Assembly: GCA_964016885.1 (NCBI GenBank)
Contig: OZ024754.1
Span: 43,276,001 to 43,340,000, forward strand
From: Eledone cirrhosa
Taxonomy: Eukaryota
DNA length: 64,000 nucleotides
Direction: 5' to 3'
This document shows, piece by piece, positions 58,335-64,000 of this stretch (position 1 is its first letter; the number at the start of each line of letters is the position of its first letter). The notes beneath the pieces are model-generated. The model worked only from the letters and a program-made list of their open reading frames with translations, searched no databases and had not been told where the DNA came from. A program made the translations under genes and the position numbers.

Positions 58335-59688
58335 GTTAGTTTTAGGGTAGACAGTGGTATGTGGTCCTAGTTTTAGGGTAGACTGTGGAAATGTGGTCCT
58401 AGTTTTAGGGTAGACTGTGGAAATGTGGTCCTAGTTTTAGGGTAGACAGTGGTATGTGGTCCTAGTTTTAGGGTAGTCAGAGGTACGTGGTCCTAGTTTT
58501 AGGGTAGACTGTGGAAATGTGGTCCTAGTTTTAGGGTAGACCGTGGTATGTGGTCCTAGTTTTAAGGTAGACAGTGGTATGTGGTCCTAGTTTTAGGGTA
58601 GACTGTGGAAATGTGGTCCTAGTTTTAGGGTAGACTGTGGAAATGTGGTCCTAGTTTTAGGGTAGACTGTGGAAATGTGGTCCTTGTTTTAGGGTAGACA
58701 GTGGTATGTGGTCCTAGTTTTAGGGTAGTCAGAGGTACGTGGTCCTAGTTTTAGGGTAGACTGTGGAAATGTGGTCCTAGTTTTAGGGTAGACAGTGGTA
58801 CGTGGTCCTAGTTTTAAGGTAGACAGTGGTATGTGGTCCTAGTTTTAGGGTAGACTATGGAAATGTGGTCCTAGTTTTAGGGTAGACTGTGGAAATGTGG
58901 TCCTAGTTTTAGGGTAGACAGTGGTATGTGGTCCTAGTTTTAGGGTAGACAGTGGTATGTGGTCCTAGTTTAAGGGTAGACTGTGGAAATGTGGTCCTAG
59001 TTTTAGGGTAGACTGTGGAAATGTGGTCCTTGTTTTAGGGTAGACAGTGGTATGTGGTCCTAGTTTTGGGGTAGACTGTGGAAATGTGGTCCTAGTTTTA
59101 GGGTAGACAGTGGTATGTGGTCCTAGTTTTAGGGTAGTCAGTGATATGTGGTCCTAGTTTTAGGGTAGACTGTGGAAATGTGGTCCTAGTTTTAGGGTAG
59201 ACAGTGGTATGTGGTCCTAGTTTTAAGGTAGACAGTGGTATGTGGTCCTAGTTTTAGGGTAGACTGTGGAAATGTGGTCCTAGTTTTAGGGTAGACAGTG
59301 GTATGTAGTCCTAGTTTTAGGGTAGACAGTGGTATGTGGTCCTAGTTTTAGGATAGACTGTGGAAATGTGGTCCTAGTTTTAGGGCAGACAGTGGAAATG
59401 TGGTCCTAGTTTTAGGGTAGACAGTGGAAATGTGGTCCTAGTTTTAGGGTAAACAGTGGTATGTGGTCCTAGTTTTAGGGTAGACAGTGGTATGTGATCC
59501 TAGTTTTAGGGTAGACTGTGGAAATGTGGTCCTAGTTTTAGGGTAGACTGTGGAAGTGTGGTCCTAGTTTTAGGGTAGACAGTGGTATGTGGTCCTAGTT
59601 TTAGGGTAGACAGTGGTATGTGATCCTAGTTTTAGGGTAGACTGTGGAAATGTGGTCCTAGTTTTAGGGTAGACTGTGGAAATGTGGT
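58335..59688. repeat. 31/32-bp satellite, ~43 copies, TTAGGG in most units
   Basis: gtggtcctagttttagggtagac followed by tgtggaaat or agtggtat. Confidence 0.95.
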
Positions 59689-60210
59689 GTTATGACTAAG
59701 GAAGACTGGAAATGTGGTCTTAGTGCTGGGATAGACTGTGGAAATCTGGATTGGGGTTAGATTAAAGAGTGAAAATGTCATAATGATAGGTTAGACTGTG
59801 GAAATCTGATCTTATGACTAAGGAAGGCTGGAAATGTGGTCTTAGTTTAGGTTAGACTGTGGCGATTTGTCTTAGTGCTAGGTTAGACAGTGGAAATATG
59901 GTCTTAGTGCTAGGTTAGATAGTGGAAATGTGGTCTTAGTGCTAGGTTAGACAGTGGAAATGTGGTCAGTACTAGGACAGACTGTGGAAATGTGGTCTTA
60001 GTGCTAGGTTAGACAGTGGAAATGTGGTCAGTACTAGGTTAGACTGTGGAAATGTGGTCTTAGTGCTAGGATAGACTGTGGAAATGTGGTCAGTACTAGG
60101 TTAGACTGTGGAAATGTGGTCTTAGTGCTAGGTTAGACTGCGGAAATGTGGTTTTAGTGCTAGGTTAGACAGTGGAAATGTGGTCTGGAGTTAGTGTAGA
60201 CAGTGGAAAT
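59689..60210. repeat. Diverged 30/32-bp relative of the adjacent satellite
   Basis: gtggtcttagtgctaggttagacagtggaaat. Confidence 0.85.
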
Positions 60211-60246
60211 GAAAACATTATTCACCAATATGTAAAGAAAATATTG

Positions 60247-60305
<59 letters not shown>

Positions 60306-60469
60306 CAGAGAGAGGTTGGTGGGAGAAAGTGATGTGAGGGACAGAGCTGAGAGAGAGATGAGAGAGATAAGAGGCAAAGATGATGGAGAGATGAGAGAGA
60401 TGAAAGAGAGAGAGGTGAGAGAGAAATTTCAAGACGAGTGAAACAAGATGTTTCAGATACAAATGTGAC

Positions 60470-60519
<50 letters not shown>

Positions 60520-60579
60520 CTCATGAATCAATGACGTACATAAAACTACATATACATGTAGATGTGTTTTTGTGTGTTT

Positions 60580-60629
<50 letters not shown>

Positions 60630-60647
60630 ACTCAAAATCCTTTATTT

Positions 60648-60703
60648 ACTGCTATATATATTTCGATGATAGCCATTGAATGGCTATGACCTCATCAGGC
60701 AGT
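60648..60703 (-). ncRNA. Minimal type I hammerhead ribozyme
   Basis: Reverse complement: actgc CTGATGA ggtc atagccat tca atggctat catc GAAA tatata TA gcagt. 5-bp helix I, ~11-bp helix II, palindromic helix III, AUA triplet. Confidence 0.8.
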
Positions 60704-60823
60704 TAGTCAGTTCTTAGATATGCCAGCTCTGTGTTTATAGTGTTGATGGTATCAGAGCCTTGGGACATATTTATATATTATATATATATTTATATATATA
60801 CACACATATATATATGCACATAT

Positions 60824-60928
<105 letters not shown>

Positions 60929-61134
60929 TCTGATCTGAATTATTATGAAGTTACTTTTTGCATGTTTTTATGTTGATGCTTTGATGCTTATGGCAATATT
61001 TACATTCCTGAAGATATGTAAACCAACAGACTAATGCCTAAATGCCTAATGTATATTGAGATACGCCCGCCTCTTATACAGTGAAACGTTTGTAGGGTAA
61101 AATTATGTTATAAGCCTGAATTGGTTATTCACTC

Positions 61135-61258
<124 letters not shown>

Positions 61259-61380
61259 GGGGGGGGGGGAAGTTGTTTCTCCAAGAACTGTCGACACCTG
61301 ATTAGAAAAATATGAGATTCTAATAAATAGAAAAATGGAATATAGTCGTGACTTCAAGAAGCCCATGTATAAAAGTGCTG

Positions 61381-61435
<55 letters not shown>

Positions 61436-61529
61436 AGGGTATATAAAATAGGCATGTAATTGAGTATATAAATATAACTTTGTTTAATCTTGACGTGTCA
61501 CATACACACACACACACGTATATATATAT

Positions 61530-61561
<32 letters not shown>

Positions 61562-61628
61562 GCAAACGCATCAATACACATAAGCATATCCATATACATA
61601 CATAGATGCATGCATATATATATATATG

Positions 61629-61660
<32 letters not shown>

Positions 61661-61732
61661 ACGTATATTCAAATACATTTTTTTCGTTAAAAACATGGAA
61701 TGCATTATTATTTTTTTAATATCAGATCTAAC

Positions 61733-62218
61733 CTTCTTCGTCGTCGTCGCTGCCACAATCGCCGTCGTCGATACAACTTCCGCCACCGCCGCCGCTACTA
61801 CCAACTCCACCACCGCCACATCCAGTTCCGCCGCTTGCAGTGCCTCCACCTCCACCACCACCAGGGACAACACCAGCGCCGCCGCCGCTGCCGACGACGA
61901 CGACGCCGCCACCACCACCACCACCACCTTCGTTAACTCCTCCAGTTGCAGCACCACCAACACCAACACCAATGACAATTCCACTGTTATAGTCCGCAAC
62001 ACCGCCGCCGCCTCCTCCTCCAGCTCCCCCACCGCTGCTGCCTCCTCCTCCTCCTCCGTCCCCACGCCGTCCTGCAGCCGCAACTGACCCGCCGCCGGTT
62101 GGGTCTTTGTTGTCCGTAGTTAAGACGTCTTTGCCGATTGAGGAGGCACCGCCGCCGCCACCATCGAAGAATGAGTGGGAATCCTGTGAAATCCCAATGG
62201 CGAAGCCTCTCTTCTTCG
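61733..62218 (-). CDS. Candidate internal coding exon, Gly-rich low-complexity (..KKRGFAIGISQDSHSFFDGGGG...CIDDGDCGSDDDEE), product unknown
   Basis: GC/CpG-rich island in an AT-rich background. The minus frame is open. Acceptor gtttttgtttaaAG (62219-62220) and donor GAAG|GTTAGA (61732) bound 486 bp (162 codons, phase 1/1). Mixed Gly codons are interspersed with non-repetitive peptide. Confidence 0.5.
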
Positions 62219-62399
62219 CTTTAAACAAAAACGTATCTATTGTACCCGTTGTGGTTTTTGGCCGAGGGTTTTATGAACAGGAGGGGCACTTATTGTCCTT
62301 ATTATCAATGTTATTATTAAAGTACCAGTAATACACTGGAATAATTGGTGGCCTTGAGTCAAAAGTAGAAACAACTGTTGATGTTATTGTTGTTCTTGT

Positions 62400-62769
62400 T
62401 ATATATATTTTTATAGTTATATATATATATTTATATATTTATATATTTATATAGTTATATATATATATTTATATAGTTATACAGTTATATATTTATATAG
62501 TTATATATATATATTTATATAGTTATATATTTATATAGTTATATATATATATTTATATATTTATACAGTTATATATTTATATAGTTATATATATATATAT
62601 TTATATAGTTATATATTTATATAGTTATATATATATATTTATATAGTTATATATTTATATAGTTATATATATATAGTTATACAGTTATATATTTATATAG
62701 TTATATATATATATTTATATAGTTATATATTTATATAGTTATATATATATATTTATATAGTTATATATT

Positions 62770-62802
<33 letters not shown>

Positions 62803-62820
62803 ATTTATATATTTATATAT
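62400..62820. repeat. AT-rich minisatellite (tatatttatatagtta)n
   Basis: Direct inspection. Confidence 0.9.
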
Positions 62821-62955
62821 TTAGGATGAGAAGTTATTTTTTTTTCTGAAGTTATTGTTGCTTTGTTGTGTTACGATATTGTGTGATTATTACGGTAGGG
62901 GGAGCTAGTGTATTTTGTGATGATGCTTGATAAACATATATATATATATATATTA

Positions 62956-63130
62956 CAGTGGCATTCCGTTATAATGAAATTCACGGGGTATAATAAAAGA
63001 CTTCGTTGTAACGAAAAATTCTTTAAAGCAAGATTGACCGAAACATCTAGCTTGTGGCCGAGAATTGAAACCAATTTCGTTATACTGAAAAATTCGTTAT
63101 AATGTTATTCGTTATAGCGGAAATTTACTT
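62956..63130. mobile_element. MITE, same family as 22432-22604
   Basis: TA|cagtggcattccgttataa ... ttatagcggaaatttactt|TA. Confidence 0.7.
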
Positions 63131-63186
63131 TATATACTATTCAAAGTTGTTTGTCTTGTTTCTTACCTTTTTCTTAATAATTTAAC

Positions 63187-63237
<51 letters not shown>

Positions 63238-64000
63238 GTGTGTGCGTGTGATAAAATTGTTTGTTATTAAAAGTAAATATATTGTTTCATCCGTTTTTCA
63301 CCGGATCTCCTGTTTTTTAGGCTTTCCTATTCTTTGGTCACTTCTTCAGACAAACTCTTGGACGTGTGCTGGTGCTGGTAACTCACACAAACTCCTATCC
63401 GATGGTCATTTCTTTCAGGCACATTTCTGGTCGATGGTCACTGTCTTCAAACGTAAAATACTCCGGAATGTCTTATATTTATTTAACTTCTTGTTAAAAG
63501 CTTTTGGCTTTAAACCATTAATGTTTTCTTTTACTTATTCAAATATATATATATATATGTATATATATAGTGATAGCGATGTGTATGTATTCAGATACTT
63601 GATATATGTGTATATATAGAGAGAGATGTGTATATATGTGTATATATAGAGAGAGATGTGTATATATTCTTCAATTTATGTTGATCGCAAAATGTTAATA
63701 ATTCTGTGTTGCCTTCAATTATATATTTATATAGTTTTCCAGGCTTGTTTATACAACATTATATACATACATTAAAATATAATTATATATGTCTATATTG
63801 ATATATAAATATAAATGTACATATATTACCTTTCCGTTCGTATTTTTATATTCAGCATACACATATATGATATATAATAAATATATTTATGTATGTATAT
63901 TGTATTTCTGTATATGCAAGTATTTCTTACCAAAATATATTCCTTAGATGTTTACAGTGTTGTTATATTATTTATGAGTTATGTATAGACACAAATGTAT

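Noticed and set aside
58335-59688. CRISPR-like ~32-bp periodic array
   Set aside because: Units are contiguous with no unique spacers, there are no cas genes, and the context is eukaryotic.
61005-61077. Additional hammerhead (CTGAAGA..GAAAcgtttgTA); similar partial motifs at 675-700, 30342 and 48880
   Set aside because: Helix I or II pairing is too weak, or GAAA is missing; not distinguishable from chance by eye.

Overview
Repeat-saturated animal genomic DNA. It is most likely octopus/cephalopod, judged from recalled SINE motifs and the extreme (TA)n/(CA)n/(GA)n load; this is inference, no database was searched. Nearly all listed ORFs are microsatellite artefacts. One GC-rich, splice-site-bounded 486-bp Gly-rich exon candidate lies at 61733-62218 (-). 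The rest comprises tRNA-derived SINEs, three classes of MITE (TA/pogo-like, TTAA/piggyBac-like, hAT-Charlie-like), Tx1/L1 and RTE LINE 3' remnants, and several minisatellites, including a 31/32-bp TTAGGG-containing array. The main finding is at least six unrelated families of short (~130-250 bp) elements sitting in (TA)n tracts. They carry minimal type I hammerhead ribozyme motifs (CUGANGA...GAAA...UH, Penelope-like-element/retrozyme style). Several share a GAGTRCT box ~37-60 nt before the (TA)n junction. They repeatedly integrate as fold-back inverted duplications whose turning point lies in a ribozyme helix.
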